Part shown: positions 62,383 to 64,000 of the stretch, piece by piece
How the letters are laid out: every line of letters begins with the position of its first letter
Position numbering within the stretch: the stretch's first letter is position 1
Assembly: GCA_964016885.1 (NCBI GenBank)
Contig: OZ024740.1
Coordinates: forward strand, 271,064,001 to 271,128,000
Origin: Eledone cirrhosa
Lineage: Eukaryota
Direction: 5' to 3'
DNA length: 64,000 nt
Made by a program: the position numbers and the translations under genes
The notes under the pieces: generated by a model
The model's input: the letters and a program-made list of their open reading frames with translations, nothing else
Databases searched by the model: none
What the model was told of the DNA's origin: nothing

Positions 62383-62787
62383 ACAGTACGTCCTCATCAG
62401 GCAAAATATAATGATACATGACATACCCTGAGATGTTAAATGGTTAAGATTTAATCAAGGTAGTGACTACTGTAGAGTGCTTCCAATCTACTGTAAAACT
62501 CATTCTTTGATGTACTCATTGAATCTTGTTTAACTCTTTAATATATATCAAATATCACATCGAAGCTGAAGCTGTAATAGAGCAGTCACCAGTAGAATTA
62601 TTTTAGGCAGACCCTAAGCATTCAATGATGCGAGAAATGAATAAATGTCTTCATCAGAATGAACACATTAAGTTATATGGGGGAAATGAAACGCAATGAA
62701 TAATATATAGACCAGGTGTATATAGGCTTAATATGTAATAACAATGACGAATACAGAAAGGGAAAAGAATTACTCATATATTTATAT

Positions 62788-62894
62788 ACAGGGTGTCCCA
62801 AAAGAATGTATACACACTTCAACAGTATTCTAATAAATATTGCCTGTACAGGTAATCAAAGTGTGTATATAGTTTTGGGGGACACACCCTGAAC

Positions 62895-62938
<44 letters not shown>

Positions 62939-63000
62939 GTTCAGGGTGTGTGTCCCAAAACTATATACACACTTTGATTACCTGTACAGGCAATATTTAT
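62788..63000. mobile_element. Tc1/mariner-type MITE with an inverted partial duplicate across (TA)n
   Basis: cagggtgtcccaaaa..ttttggggacacaccctg; 62833-62897 mirrored at 62935-63000. Confidence 0.65.
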
Positions 63001-63012
63001 GTGTGTGTGTGC

Positions 63013-63095
<83 letters not shown>

Positions 63096-63221
63096 CATAC
63101 AAGAGGTATTCCAAACTTTTTCAGCCTGACTGATATTGTGCTGCAGTCATGTCGTTAAGTATGATGATTTCAAACGATTGAAACAGTCCTAGTCTCGTAG
63201 AAGTCATTTCTATATGATATA

Positions 63222-63257
<36 letters not shown>

Positions 63258-63284
63258 GGTATGTATGTATGTATGTACAACCTG

Positions 63285-63820
63285 TCTCATGGTCGGGTCG
63301 TTGGCGACTAAACTGGCAACCCCACCAAGGTTTCTTGGTGAGGAGGGTGACTTTGGACATCCTGCAGGACTAAAAACAAAACCTGCCAAAGGGCAAAGGA
63401 GCTCTTAAGAGTCAATGGCCATCCAAAATCACCAGGAGAGATGACCCCTTAGCCTTTGTCAAGGCAGAATTCTAGGAGAAGGAAAACTCTGATATAACAC
63501 CTGCAACCCTGATGGTATCCAATGATGTTGACTTGTTCTTCTTTTTGGTAAATATCATCTTGGTTAAGAGAGTGGGACTGGCTTTGTGCAGTGCCTTTGC
63601 TCACTATAAAAGCTTCACGGCACAGGCATTGCTTTATATCTGGAGATCTCTCTGCACTTGTCGTCACATGGTACCATGGGCCCAGCACTATGTGTAGTGT
63701 TTGTACCAGAGTTTTCAAGTCGCTGGACTAAAAAGTCACACTCGTTCAGCGCATCGGTAAGGGTTCTGCTACATGGATATAAAGTAGTGGCCATACTCGA
63801 AAACGAGTCGGCAGCCACCA
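63285..63820. mobile_element. Decayed RTE-like LINE pieces (5'UTR-like on +, RT C-terminal remnant on -)
   Basis: ctaggagaaggaaaactctga motif; degenerate RT-like peptides in the minus ORFs. Confidence 0.45.
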
Positions 63821-64000
63821 TGTATGTATGTATGTGTGTTATATTAAGAGAAATTAATCAATATTGAGTGAATATGAAATAGATGTGAGCTGTCATGGGT
63901 TAGTATCTATAATCAAATGCCTTAAAGAATGATTTTCCGAACAATTTCCGCCTTTCATTTTCTAATTTTAGTCTCTCTCCCTCATTTTTTTTTTTTTTTT

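Overview
AT-rich eukaryotic DNA full of microsatellites; the repeat landscape looks cephalopod/octopus-like, which is an inference. The window holds the middle of one + strand gene for a multi-VWA-domain protein (matrilin/collagen VI-like). It has five Cys-bracketed VWA domains with MIDAS motifs, joined by 30-42 nt linker micro-exons through phase-1 introns. A 26.7-kb intron contains a head-to-tail array of three near-intact Tx1-like non-LTR retrotransposons (ORF1 plus APE-RT ORF2, minus strand). They sit in (GATA)n tracts, and each is preceded by an identical 266-bp 3'UTR module from a related element. A tail-less tRNA-derived SINE (about 20 copies) has a 3' end and an ATTA target preference resembling these Tx1-like LINEs. 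The introns also contain about ten well-formed and several decayed type I hammerhead ribozymes from at least six families. They lie in (TA)n-flanked direct-repeat or fold-back units typical of Penelope-like element pseudo-LTRs or retrozymes. Tigger, mariner, hAT, RLE-type and RTE remnants are also present. All calls come from reading the sequence by eye; no searches or folding programs were run.
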